Assembly (NCBI GenBank): GCA_964187785.1
Contig: OZ076409.1
Span: 41,790,001 to 41,854,000 of the forward strand
DNA: 64,000 nucleotides
From: Amphiscolops sp. MND2022
Lineage: Eukaryota
Reading direction: 5' to 3'
Positions 50,270-63,098 of this stretch are shown piece by piece (position 1 is the stretch's first letter; each line of letters opens with the position of its first letter). Below the pieces are notes generated by a model. It saw only the letters and a program-made list of their open reading frames with translations, was not told the origin of the DNA and made no database searches. The translations under genes were made by a program, and so were the position numbers.

Positions 50270-50683
50270 TATTTTCCGCCCATATTTCATATGGGAAAGG
50301 AAAATATTTAAATCAAACGGGTTTTTTTTTTTTTTTTTTTTTTTTACAAAATTTGCCAAGATTTTATTTATATTTAAATTTAAGGGTGTTACCCATAGAA
50401 TTCAACCCACATAAATTTAGCTTCGTGCGATATGTATTTGTAGAGATTTTTGAAGTTTTTTTTAAAAATGACGAAAATGACGAAAATGACCCCTTAATGA
50501 CAAAATTTTTGCCATTTTTTGAGACACCGCGAATTAGAAAAATGGACAAGATGAATCGAAGCTTTCTTTTCTTCGAACTTCTCAGCGTTTTTATAGTGCA
50601 TTAGTTATTCTTGAGCCTCAAATTTATGTAGTTGTAGAACAGTTCGGGGCGGAAAATATCCCGCTCCTCAGCGGGCGTCTTGT
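50270..50683 (+). mobile_element. HINE family A copy inserted into Mag gag at a TT site with no TSD
   Basis: subTIRs TATTTTCCGCCC / GGGCGGAAAATA; 3' hairpin CCCGCT-CCTC-AGCGGG then CGTCTTGT. Removing it restores the gag frame ...NKMSINKVYSLFRL... Confidence 0.88.
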
Positions 50684-51131
50684 TTATGCTCATTTTGTTT
50701 GGGTCGTTATCCCTTATTGTTTTGGTCAATTTTGTTACTGCCGCTTCGCCCAATGCTCAGATGAATATATCTATTATCTTTACTTCTACTTCATCTCTCT
50801 ATTGGGACAGGATTTCTTTATCGTTCGTCATCATCTTTAGATCTATGTCTCGAGTCATCTTGACATATTGGATGAATTTTTCCACCAGAGTTTCGCTTCT
50901 TGTATGGTCTTCTTCTCAAAGATCCGTAAGGTGATCTTTTGACATTGTTTTGTTCGTCCTCCTCTATCGGGTTCTTAACTTGAATAAATCAGTCCCGCTT
51001 GGTCGTTCGTAATAACTTTTGAGCTGTTTGAAGTCATTCTGACTGCGTCATGTTATATCTCAATGTAAAGGAAATCAGTTGGGAATGTGATACTGTATTC
51101 AAGCCTTTTTCGTCACTATAAATACTATAAA

Positions 51132-51241
51132 TAATACGATTACATTGCTATAATTACAGGCAGGTACTTACATAATAATAACTATTTAGGTCATGTAATT
51201 ACGTAATATAAATGTAAATGACTTCTATGTCCCATGCCACA
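51132..51241 (-). repeat. 5' LTR of the Mag-like element (110 bp)
   Basis: Third copy of the short LTR; degenerate PBS on the inner side, no PPT on the outer side. Confidence 0.8.
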
Positions 51242-51949
51242 CAAACGTGAAACAAATTTAGTCCAGCGCAAGATTCGAACCCACGTTTGCCTGCTTCCGA
51301 GCATCACTCATCATTTGGAGAAACCCGTTAATCCTTAGGCCAAACAGGAAGGAATGAATTGGTGGGAAAACAAAGGAGAAACTTATAACCTTAATGTAAA
51401 GTTTGTCACTTTGCAACTCTTTTTAATAAAGGCCACTAGTACAGTCTGCATTTTTTAAGAAATGCGTCAATTGAAAATACTCATCAGGCAGCGGTCGAAT
51501 TTCGGCCCTGACATACGTTAGTAACATAACTTTAGGACTCGAGGGTAGCCTGGACAAAAGTTTTTATGCCTTCGAAAATTTTTGGCTCTTATTCATTTTT
51601 TTGCGTTTTTTTTCGATGAACAAAGCAATTTTCTCTCTATTGAAGTATGTTAGAGAGATGCAGTGAGCTGTGCTGAAATTCATACCAATACACATTTAGA
51701 AAAACTGAAAACACAACACAGTCAAAAACGAAAACTTCAGGCAGAAAATGAAAACTGAAATGAAGTTATATAGATTCAAAAATTTTCACATTGGATAATG
51801 GCTCGCAACACAACTCTCACACCCTGTCTAAGTTTGGGAGTCCACCATATTTTAGCCAATTTCTAATCATTTCTGGTAATCTCACCAAAACGTCTGCAGA
51901 AATTTATCAAAACTGATTTTCAGCAGCTTCAAGTGTAGAGAACGTCAGT

Positions 51950-52470
51950 CTGGTTTTAATTACCGTGTACGGTAAGTGTATCCACGTAAATGTCTTCTAA
52001 TCTTTTATAACACTTTTGTCAAAACATTTGTTTGCTATGGACTGATGGTGTTTAGATGAGCAGCTAAAACGAACTTGGGAAAATTGCTCAGAGACGTTTT
52101 TTGGAAGCATTATTCTGTTAAACAACTTTGACTCTCCGGTAAATATTGTTAGATAACAAAATGCTTACTCTCTCTGAACTCTACATGAGTAAAACAATTG
52201 AAGAACTATTGCGTAATGAATCAGCAGTTCAGTATCTAGAAAGACCAGTTGTGTCTAATATAATTATGTCAACTCGTTGGCGGCAAAAGGACTCTTTAGC
52301 CTTTTCTTTAACAAAACCGTCACGAAGCTCAAATCACGTGAAAATATGTTAAGCAAAACGTACAGCTGGCTGAATTGATGGACCTGTTACATAACAAAAT
52401 AGGCAAATGTTGAGTTCAACCCAATTGCGGGCCTATATTGCCAATTTGGGTTCTCTGTATACTATAGACT
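51950..52470 (+). mobile_element. Degenerate 3' fragment of a non-LTR retrotransposon (CR1/L2-group-like RT C-terminus)
   Basis: Translates YRVR*VYPRKCLLIFYNTFVKTFVCYGLMVFR*AAKTNLGKIAQRR...NKMLTLSELY, matching the LINE ORF2 thumb-region pattern (L..Y......YG..VWG.A..T.L..I...Q.R). Confidence 0.65.
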
Positions 52471-52471
52471 A

Positions 52472-53473
52472 CCCGGGTTGACCCTCCATGGATATCTTAG
52501 TAAGGTCTTAGCAAGATCTTGCCAAGATCTTGGAAAAATCTCAGCTGAGATCTTGCCAAGATATTGTCAAGAATTGCAAGATGTCATGGTAAGATCTTAT
52601 CAAGAGAGCCATGTAGCCATGTTCCCAATAAAACTTTCATTGTAAAATCCTTTTTGGCAAGAAAAAAATAGGAAAGGAAGTCAACAAAAATCAACATTTC
52701 TGCAAATTTTTATTGTTAGACATTAAAACTGCTGTTAGCAATGTATAAATTGAAGAGATATATATTTAGGAAGACGCTGTTTAAATTATCCTTTAAATTG
52801 CACAACTGTCACCAACAACGGCGTCAGAAAGGCCTCGTCATTACCCAAATCAAAGCAATGACTGCAGTTTCTAGCAGTAAGAAGGCTGCTGAAACAGGCC
52901 TACAAAAAGTTGTAAATACGATTATTACAAAAATTTCCGGATTTTAAGGTCTTTCCTTTGTAACTTTCCGATAGTGGGTCTGAACGTTTGAGAGCATATT
53001 TATCTGTCTCTGGAATCGACAGGAGTGATAAATTACAAGTTTTGGAAAGCCCTTGAAATGACCGTTCATCTGGTACATTCACGTTTCTCAGTCTTAAACA
53101 GGTGAGGAATTATTAGGATTCTTGTCAGAATTTCGGAAGCCAGAATACGTTATCGTAATTTTTCGCACAATTTTGCATGCAAAATTTTTTCAGCAGGTTG
53201 AAGCATTTTGATTATGAAGACGAGTAGAAATAGTCGTTGTTGAGTGAAATGAGCCTTTAGATTGAGTCTCCGCTGCTTGTACCGAAGGTATAGTATTTTT
53301 TTATAATCTTAAAATTTTGTCCATGGTGATAAGATACGTTCTTGGAATAAGTATTATCTTAGTAAAATCTTAATAAGAATTTTGCCATGGGATCCATGGT
53401 TGCCAAGATGTAGTAAGAATTTGGCAAGATCTTGCCAAGACAGCCAAGATGCTAGTAAGAGGTTCAACCCGGG
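52472..53473. mobile_element. CACTA/EnSpm-like non-autonomous DNA transposon (~1.0 kb)
   Basis: TIR CCCGGGTTGACCCTC / GAGGTTCAACCCGGG, 2-bp TSD TA, and multiple subterminal AAGATCTT(G) repeats at both ends. Confidence 0.8.
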
Positions 53474-55604
53474 TATAGATATCAAGCAACTGTATTCCAT
53501 TCACTTTTAAGTGACGAATCGGGTATCCGTACTTAAAAAATTTAATGAATGAATGAAGGTAATACATTGGTTTTAACGGCGAGGACTTGAAGAACTATTT
53601 TGCTCATTCCTCTTCCGTCTTGCATGTTCATTCGATTCATTTTGTATTTGTTATAACTTATAACGTCTATAATATATTAAAAATATCAACTTTTCTTTCT
53701 TTTCTTCTTTCCGTCAATTTTTCTAATGAATGGGTTTTGTTTTTGAGTGTTTTGAACTTTTTTCGTAGAAGGAAAATTACCTTATATCTGATGTTAGTCT
53801 CTTTGGGTTATTTCCAGTTTGAGTCATCATATCATACGCCCCTCCTAATAAATTGAGTAATTATCTTTGACCTTTGAAGCATTAAACGGGGTCGCACCCT
53901 GTGCCGCTTCTTGTTTTTTCTAACTACAAAGCTGCTAGTTCAATAGCCTGACATTTACATTGTTTCTCAAAGAGGTATCAAGGCTATAAATAAACATTTC
54001 CAAGTTGGCAAAAAATAATCAAGTTCGCACATGGCGGATCTTTTTTCTACTTTTTTTTTCAAAATACCATATTTACTTTATTCATTCAAGTATGTGTCAT
54101 TCATGCTCTCAAATATGGCCGTGCTTGACAACAGACAAAAAACAAATCTATTTCTTGAAAAAATCAAACTGTAGTGAGCGGAAACCTTGCCAGTCATCAT
54201 GACAATATAATAGTGCGATTATTATAGTGCACTTAAGTTGCCTGTGATGTAATAATTGATATTGATTCTTTGCAGAAGATTTGTTTGTACACCAAAATAA
54301 GAAACACTTGATATCTATGACAATCAGTGATGACCAATCAATTTCTAATGGAAAATCGAACCTTAAATGGACAGATTGGATTGAGAATTTGTTGTATTTA
54401 GTAACGGGATTTTATGCGCAAGTCTTTTTAAATTTCATTTCCAGAACTAAGTCAAATTTGATCTCGATCAAATACAAAAATTCATCAATAAAAGTACTTT
54501 TTGGTTGTTTTCAGTACAATTAAAGCACTTTCTGTACTCGCGAAAAAGTTACAACATGGTTGCTGTTAGAATCGTGTTCAGACAAAAGCGTTTCAGACAA
54601 AAGCGCACATTTTATACAGTCATAAGCGTCCCAGCGCAAAGCGTTAGGATAATTACAAAAAAATTTCGGAAATCCTTAATAGAAACTTCAATGCAATGGA
54701 TTATCTTCATTGGAGACAAAATAAAACGGATTCTTTTAATGGAATTCTATAATTTATTAATGGGAAGTTTAACGGTTCCTTTAAAAGGGTATTAAATGGA
54801 TTCATTGTATTGTTTATCTGTAGAGAATGCTACAATTCATTATTAGTATTGATCGCTTTGTTTTCTCTACTATATTTTAGAATAAACGTGCATTTGCGCT
54901 TGTCCAGCGTTGGGAACAGATTATAAATGAGTGGGATTTGAAAGGCGGGTCTCGAAAAGATTTGTATTTTTGTCGCTCTTTTGTTTGCTCCAAAGAGCTT
55001 GCGTTGAATTATATGAAATTTGGAGTACAAAGAGTGTTATTATCGTAGTTTTCATGAAGATTACTTCTTGAAAAACAAAGCGTAATAAACCTAGGGCGGG
55101 ATTAAGGTTGCTTGTCGTCTAAAAATAATAGGAGCAAGCTAAGACAAATAGATCCCTGAATAAAATGGAAACAATCTATGAGGCTGCTTTAAGTTGGCTT
55201 TTATCATTCAAGTTCTCATTAAAAATACATGGGTTATACGAGTTTGAACGTATCTAACAGCATTATTCCAAGCAGATAATCGTGGTAACATAATTATACG
55301 TATTAGTCGCTTCAACTACGAACCTTGTCTGGCCTTTGAGACACTTTCATTCAATCTCGAATCAAATGCAATGTTCAATATTGACATAAATTAAGCCAAG
55401 CCTTGAATTAACAGTCTCTCAGTAAGTCTCTCAGTGCATACTGAACAGTCTGAAATCAAAAAATTGCAATAAGAAAAAACAAGGTTTCAACATTTTTCAC
55501 AGGAAATGTTAATCACAGTTTGCTCAGGACAGTGCAGCAATTTCGAACGTTTTTTTTAAATATTAAAAAAGTCTTCATGTAGACCTAATCGACTGGTTAA
55601 GTAT

Positions 55605-55961
55605 AACAAGCCGGGACCGGCCCAAGTCGGCGCCATATCTAAGGCTCAAAAATAGCAAAAGGACTTCAAAATGGAAAAGTGTTGGTGAATTTGGAACCTT
55701 TTATGAATATTTTTTTTTGAAAAAAAGTCTCACAATGCCGAAAAAAAACTGAAAGGGAGGACCCTTTGGGATTTTTCAACATCCGTTCTGTTGCAAAACT
55801 CCGAAAAAAAATTGAAGGGGGACCCTTTGGTGGAAAAAAAATTTGAAAATTTTGTAGAGTTTTTGGTAGAACTATTTTGGTCACTTCAGGTCGTCCTAAA
55901 AAACACTGGCGAAAATCCATTATTATAGTCGGCTCTTTTCAGGAAAAATGCCGACTAAAAA
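55605..55961 (-). mobile_element. HINE family B, complete short copy
   Basis: AACAAGCCGGGACCGGCCCAAGTCGGCGCCATATCTAAGGCTC is identical to 32295; the other end is TGCCGACTAAAAA. Confidence 0.85.
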
Positions 55962-56717
55962 TGCCTCGCTCAACTTTTACAAAACTCCTTCAGATTGCAC
56001 AATTTTGCAATAGTTTTTGATCTCGTTTCATTGATGCAGTTCAATCTTGGCTAAACGATACCGAATCAGAATTTGCTCTCAATGATCAGAATTTTGCGTT
56101 CTAACATTCAAAGTCACCAAAAATCATTTTTTGTATCTGTTTTGACACGTTTTTAAATACGAGCTAAATGTGAATTCAAAATTGTACCATCATTATACAT
56201 ATGTTATAATTGCCTCAAAATAACCCGAGAATTATCAGCATCGTCTCCAATCAAGGGCACTGATTCAATCACTTGGTCCAAATTGTTAGATTCTTGGAGA
56301 GCTAAACCACTGTACTTGTTAAGATTCCGCCTTTGTCAGTGACTCGCCTTTTTCATTGACTTCTTTTTTCCCTGAAAACTCTGATGACTTATCGATGACG
56401 AATTCTTGACTTCTATTGAGAAACACCAAACGAGAATGTTTTTTTTTGGTTTGACTTGTCGATGGCAAACGAAGAATCGGGAAAATGAATATATTTTATA
56501 TATATAGGAAATATATTTATAGGAATATACTATAGTTTTTTGGAAATGAGAAGAAAAATGAGAAATTATGTTGCTAATTCGATTACTTACAAGCTCATTA
56601 ATGTTCGTTTCTGCTACTTGAATAATTCACATCTCAAAGACATTTGTTTCTACTTCGAAAGAGCTTTTTGAGTGTTCTAATAGTTTTAAAACTATTCATA
56701 AAACTATTCATATTTAA

Positions 56718-56787
56718 AACATTCAGCTGTTAGAGAAAAGTGCTTGAGTGAATTCACTCAAGCACTTTTCTCTAACAGCTGAATGTT
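56718..56787. repeat. Perfect 70-bp palindrome
   Basis: AACATTCAGCTG...GAGTGAA|TTCACTC...CAGCTGAATGTT, no spacer. Confidence 0.95.
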
Positions 56788-57773
56788 GAATTCGCTTTTT
56801 TCTCATTTTCTCATTTTTAGCAACTCTTGAAGAGCCCTAAAACACGTTTTTTTTCTCTCTGACATTTGAAGCCTCGTGTCTGTTGCCTACTTGAACTTTT
56901 TTGTAGTTTGTTTTCTAATTTTCAAAAACTCGCTAGCCTGTTTGTAATTTGCTGAGATACATGGTAAGAAGCGGAGATACAGTACTCGAGACATCTCATT
57001 CCGGTTGAATGAAGCAAAAAATCAGCAACTTTAATTCCATAGCCATTAAAAGTTAATGGCGATTACTGCAAATGTAATCGTGCAAATATAACTGCAAATA
57101 TCTCGTTCTATTCTTTCAATCAAAAATGAGAAACTAAAAGGTTGAGAAATTTCTCTCAATTTACATTTCCGTCTATCATAAACATAATGATTTAGCAGGT
57201 TGTTTTGATTTCATTTATGGCTTTCAAAGAGCGAAAAGGTCATGATTGTTTCCTCTCGGAGAAAATGATTGGACCTTTGCAATCCAGAAATGATCATTTT
57301 TAAATCATTACTGTATTGCCATTACGGAGCACAAACGTAATGGCACAGAAAAAAGTGTCACTTGAAGCAAAAAGTTCACTTGGAAAATTGATCATGTTGC
57401 AGAGTGTAATGATTTAATTATTTGACAGAGAGAATTCACTTGCATAAAAACAGTATTTGGTAAATTTTTGGTAAATTAAGATTCATGAACCAGATGACTT
57501 TTCAGACCTTCTCAATCTTTTTCGGCCGGCATTCAAGCGTGCTCATGGTTCTCAAACTTTACATACCATTGAATGCCATCAATGTGTTTGGACGTTTCAT
57601 AGAATTCCACTCAAGTGTTATAACAAGCCTATGACATAGCAAGCCATGAATCATGGTTGAACCATAGATAGAATTCTCTGACCGGACCATCTGGCTGAAA
57701 ATTGACTCAATTGGTCGGACTTGAAAATTGGTTTACAAACTGAAGAAATGACTTCCTTTCATTCTGAAACAAC

Positions 57774-59780
57774 TGTTACAACCTGATTAGATTGCCCTGT
57801 TCTTTGTAAACTGTCTCTGATCGGATCCACACGGCCTAGTTTTCCACAGCATGAAGCATTATTTCTCTGAAATTCTTGGCCACTGCTTCCGTTCGTTAGT
57901 CGGACTCGCAAATCAAGAAAACACAGAACTTTCACTGATCTCTGACCATCAAGTGAACCTTCTGAAAGCAAAGCAAACACCAGGATTTGCTCGCTTAAGA
58001 CTCCTTCGCAACCCTCTCCTTCCACTAGCAATTCTAAGACAAGAGAACTTTCATTGGAAACATTAGGGAAACACCGTTCACTCACAGCGGGAACCGTTAA
58101 CCTTCACAAGCTATGGACAGTTTCGAGTGGTTTTAGTGCTTGGCTCTCTTCGAACGGCTAGGTTGACCTCACATCAACATCGAGCGTAACTAAGGCCTAA
58201 GTTCTGAGTCTAAGTTGCTAAGCTTATCTTTGCTAGTGTGAAACGTTTGCGCACAAAACTCTCCCAAAAAGACGATTGAGATTCAACGAAGAATTGCGAA
58301 GCTTTTGCTCGTTTCCACGAGGTTTCCTGTCTAAGATAAAATATTATTTACTTCTCTAACCAGAAGAAATTGCAGCTCTCTTGAGGTCCTGTTTTCGTCA
58401 ACAAATTTGTTTGGCGCAACTCGTTGAGTGCTCTTTTTTGCTTCTTTGTTCGCTGGTCCAACGTCATTTTTCGTTCTCGTTTTGTTTCTTTTGCTACGAA
58501 ACAATTGGTCGGTCGACCCAGATGAACAGAATGATAAAATCTTTAAAACTAGAAGCGCTTCTCGAAAACGCTCAGTTGCTGGTTCAAAAAACGAACGCGT
58601 TTGCGTTAGTATCAAATGGTTGGTACAAGACGCAACCTTCGATCAGGCTGACGAAACTTATTTACAAGAACGTCTTGCGCTCGCTTTGCCGAAATGGCAA
58701 GTTTTCAAGATGAATTGGTGACACTAGGTGATATGAACATCGATCAAGGTTCGACTAACTACGGAAGACATTTGCGATGCCGGCAAAAGGAATTTTTACA
58801 ACGCAACAGCTAAGTTCGAGAAAAAAAGTGACCACTTCACGGTTCAGTGCTTCCTTTGTGGCCTCTATAAAGTCAAAAAAACTCGTCAAGTTATAAAAAC
58901 TCGATCTTACTAGTGTCTCCGGATGCTACACTGAACGGATGTTGTCCACTGATCTTTTTACGGCCTCAGTCGATTCGAACAAAACATGAACAGCTACATC
59001 AAAAGCTACAGACAAGAAAACATCCGTGAAGGAAGAACCTTATCGATTGATAAAATCGCTGACGATCACAAACACAATTTTGAGTGTTTCGCTGAATATT
59101 TTGCGGAACCGTTACGAGAACAAAAAAAATATAATTCGCGAACATATCCACTCCATCGTAAGTTTCAACACAACCAACGCAAAAACGCTACCTTTTTGAA
59201 GTTGAAATAAAAGTGTTTCTTGTCTTCAACATCTTGGCGTGGACGTCAATTTTTGGGATCTTATCCAAACTTACTTAGTTACGAAACGCTTTTACGCTGT
59301 AACTAGAAAAGATTGGGAGCAAGACGCTTCCGAGAACTCAGACACAGATCTTATATCTTATAGCGATTTGAAATAATTGTTGAAAGTAGAGTAACGGCTC
59401 TTGAGGCTATTTCTTCGAAAGATGAGACACCCAAAAAGCAAAAGTCGCTCGTTGGCCATGTAACATCGCACGATGAATCCCCGTTCAGTGACAATACGCA
59501 CAAAATCTACACTCGGTAAAAGCTCATTGCTTCACCAATCGTTAAAAGGAAGGAGTTTGTCAAAACAAACAGACTTTGTTTTAGTTGTATTTCGTACGTT
59601 CACCAAAGCCAAAACTGCCCAAGTGTTTCGACATGAATTCGAAGCACGGTATCATCATTTGAATCTTGATGAATCAATGGCAGTAATGATCTCGGCTGAT
59701 CAAACTTCCCAAGGTTTTCACTAACGCCATTCAAATAGTCAAACGAACTTCGCTACAGCAATCACGCATGTCTTGAACAG
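57774..59780 (+). mobile_element. BEL/Pao LTR retrotransposon relic (gag region; 5' boundary tentative)
   Basis: 58880-59160 translates VKL*KLDLTSVSGCYTERMLSTDLFTASVDSN...YRLIKSLTITN....LNILRNRYENKKNIIREHIHSI (BEL gag/DUF1759 pattern); 59545-59660 gives RKEFVKTNRLCFSCISYVHQSQNCPS...HH (BEL knuckles). No pol seen. Confidence 0.8.
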
Positions 59781-60913
59781 TCAGATAGAATTTTTTGTCG
59801 CGCTCTTCTCGACTCTGGAGCCGAAAGTAGCTTCCTTACTGAAGACTGAAGACTGTCTTCAGCGGCTGAAATAATAACCGAAATTTATAACCAGTTGAAT
59901 TTATGTTTGAAAATATGAAACTCACCCAACACTAAGCCCAGTATTCTGTAGTCTATTCCGGGGATAAATATTTTTTTGTTTGAATCGGGCTCAAACACTC
60001 TTGGAAAACCTCTTTTTTCGAAAACTTTGTGCCAATTTCGTAGACTTGAAGATTGTAGTAAAAGAGTCTTCAAAACGCTACTTGGTTAAACTTTCATCGA
60101 ATTTGAAAACAAGAGTGTGAAAAATTCCGAACGTTCTCATTTATCGACAACATACTCCCTATTTGGACATTTTCCGAGTGTTTTCGTTAAAAAATTACAT
60201 AGGTTCGGGGTCGATTCATGTAGCTACCCATTTGGGTTTTAAACTGAAATTGCACTACATCAAAAAAAGAAAAAACAGAACTTCTCGAAAAGTTCGTTGG
60301 TAACGTAAAAAATTTTTTCGTCTGTTGTAAAAAATGTTTATTTTTGATTAAACTCCAAACAAAAGGCCTACCTAAACAATACGCCTTCGAGATAAAATCT
60401 CGCAGTTTTCCAGGTACAAAAAACGCTGAAAAGCCCTAAAATTTCAGAAGTGTTATACGTTCTCATGTAATTGTTGTAAAAATTTCGAGCTAATTCGTGG
60501 GTTGGAAAAATGTAGACACTGACCGTTGACCTAATCGGGTATCCTGTAGGCATTCTGGTAGAGAAATGTGCAGTTTATGGTTTGAAAAGCCCGTCAAAAT
60601 GATCCGAAGGTGTCGAAATTATTCAATTTTTCCAGGTTTTGAAATTTTTAGTGACTTTTTGTGTATATAAACAGATTAAAAAAATTGATAGGTTAGGCAC
60701 TGTTATTCACATAGATCAACAACAATACAAGTCTTCACTAAGTCAAGTGTTTCCTTTAAAAATGGGTTAAGATAAATCAAAAAGTGTCCAAAATTTTTTT
60801 CCTTCAAACTTGTACCCATTTTCATAGTGCATGGGCTTCTTTTGACCCCAAAAATCGTTTCGTAAAAGATTAGTTTGGGACGGACAACATGCCGATGTTT
60901 AGCGGGCGTCTTG

Positions 60914-61602
60914 TTTTTCTAGTCCGTGCTTCATGAAGTGAAACGCGATTATAATAGTGACTTTTTTAAATCCACGCGAACTGACCAAAGTAGTTCTATG
61001 AAACATTAAAGTGCCATGTTGGTTCATTTGGCACAAAGAACTGAAATACAAAAGTTGTTCCTTTTTGCCAGCGTAGGATACTAGAGGGTCCCTTTTTCTG
61101 ATTATCACTACATTTCATGATAATCCAACTACGAACCTCCCGTTAACCTCTAGACAAGGTGGAAAGTAGTTTATAGCTTCCCACCAGCATCTAGTAGCTA
61201 TTGGCAGAAATTGTTGGAAAAAAGCCTGTGCCTCAAATAAGATTTTCTGTTTATCATGAAAACGGAAAATAAAAATTGCTAAAAATCACGAAATGAAAGT
61301 GAAAGAAAGGACTGCGTTTTTTGTTCAGCTTGCTACATTTATTACAGAGCTTTATGAGCTAACATGCCAGCAAGCCTAAAATGTATCTAGGACCACCTGG
61401 TGGAAAGCTCCCTTTGAGGCTTTTTGACACTGAACGACTATTTCTTAAACATTTTTGTATTTCACTGAAGGGTCCGCCTTTTGATTTTTTTGTCGTTTTC
61501 AGTCGAAAATAAATCATGAGTAACACGGAAGCCTTTTAAATAGTGACTCTTTGTGCTTTTTGAGCCTTAAACGCCGACTTGGTTGACCGTTACCAGTTTG
61601 TT
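60914..61602 (+). mobile_element. Diverged HINE family B copy or fragments, directly preceded by a HINE-A 3' end (TTAGCGGGCGTCTTGT)
   Basis: AGTCCGTGCTTCATGAAGTGAAACGCG start; TTTTGAGCCTTAAACGCCGACTTGG...GTTTGTT end. Confidence 0.6.
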
Positions 61603-62020
61603 CTTGCTATGAATGCCCAAATTAGCTTGTCAAAAACATAAAAGCTCGTAAAATATTACGTTTTTCACTTTAGTGTAGTGCACTTTAAAATGGGGACGTG
61701 AATGTATATTCGACTTATGAATTAGTATTTTGACTGTTTTTGTTGCCAAATTTAGTTTCTGTTTAAACTCGAAGTCTTTAAACAAATTAAATTCACAGCT
61801 GCTGAGAAATTATTGATTTTAAAGAGGCTACGTGGAAACTTGATACATTTGAAAAGGTTCTCTTCATGGTTTGTTTTTGATTACGAGTCAAGTCTGTTTT
61901 GTGTTTGATGTAAGATATCAATAGTAACAACTTTAATTGTTTTTCAATGCATCGATGATTCAATGGAGAAAATATTGCATGTGGTCATTAATGATATCTA
62001 TCATTCAGATTAGTTAAGAG

Positions 62021-63098
62021 CCCGGGTCGACCCTCCATGGATATCTTAGTAAGATCTTGGCAAGATCTTGCCAAGATCTTGGAAAAATCTTAGCTAAGAT
62101 CGTGACAAGATATTGCCAAGAATTGCAAGATGCCATGGTAAGATCTTATCAAGAGAGCCATGTTTCCAAGAAAAATCTTACTAAGAAGCCCAATATGGCA
62201 AGAAAAATCTTACTAAGAAGCCCAATATTGTGAAAAAAAATAAACTTAGAAGTCGAATATGGCAAGAAAAAAATTGCTACGAACTGCTCGATATCGAGAA
62301 AAAGTAGAATCAGAAAACCATTAAATTAAGAGTTATGGAAAAATAATCTAGACATCATTCAAAACAAAATTACTGAATGATTTTTACAACCATTTCGATA
62401 TCGATATTGTTCTTTCAATTGCAAAACTGTCGCCAACAACGGCGTCAGAATAGCCTTGAGCTGAATCATCACCCAAATTAGAGCAATGACCGCCGTTGCT
62501 AGCAGTAATAATGCTGCTGAAACAGGCTCAAAGAAAGCTGGAAATATGATTTTTACAAAATTTCAGGATTTTAAGGTCTTTCCTTTGTAACTTTCCGATA
62601 GTGGGTCTGGACGTTTGAGAGCATATTTCTCCGCCTCTGGAATCGACAGGAGTGATAAATTACAAGTTTTGGAAAGCCCTTGAAATGACCTTTCACTTGG
62701 TACATTCGCATTTCTCAGTCCTAAACAGGTGAGCAGTTATTAGGATCCTCGTCAAAATTTTGGAAGCCAGACTACGTTATCGTAATTTTCACGCATTTTT
62801 GCATGGAATTTTTTTTAGCAGGTTTAAGCATTTTGATTATGAAAACGAGTAGAAATAGTCGTTGTTGGGTGAAATGAGCCTTTAGATTGAGTCTCGGCTG
62901 CTTGTACCGAAGGTATAGTGTTTTTTTATAATCATAAAATTTTGTCCATCGTGATAAGATACGATCTTGGAATAAGTATTATTTTAGTAAGATCATAATA
63001 AGAATCTTGCCATGGGATCCATGGTTGCCAAGATGTAGTAAGAATTTGGCAAGATCTTGCCAAGACAGCCAAGATGCTAGTAAGAGGGTCAACCCGGG
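62021..63098. mobile_element. CACTA/EnSpm-like non-autonomous DNA transposon (~1.08 kb)
   Basis: TIR CCCGGGTCGACCCTC / GAGGGTCAACCCGGG, 2-bp TSD AG, subterminal AAGATCTT repeats; homologous to 52472-53473. Confidence 0.82.

Larger units (their letters stand above)
45388..51241 (-). mobile_element. Mag-like Ty3/Gypsy element with ~110-bp LTRs (51132-51241 and 45787-45894), followed by the truncated start of a second tandem unit
   Basis: LTRs begin TGTGGCATGGGAC; PPT GAAGAGGGGGGAA at 45895-45907; gag knuckles CGQC...HVRPA....CRNCKKKVHYEKMCR; RT AWLDDILL (48693-48704); RNase H GFGATLWQ...ELELLAVVWG; integrase zinc finger LHKRHPA...FWWP...CDECIPC. Heavily frameshifted. Confidence 0.9.

Noticed and set aside
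46965..50604. Long hydrophobic + strand ORFs (205 aa, 230 aa) resembling membrane or env proteins
   Set aside because: They are antisense to A-rich Mag gag-pol, and one runs through a poly-T tract of the HINE insertion; compositional artefacts.
51262..51350. Minus-strand A-box/B-box (TGGCCTAAGG...GGTTCGAATC) tRNA-like segment
   Set aside because: Arms do not pair into a tRNA; possibly SINE-derived, but I could not confirm a second clear copy.
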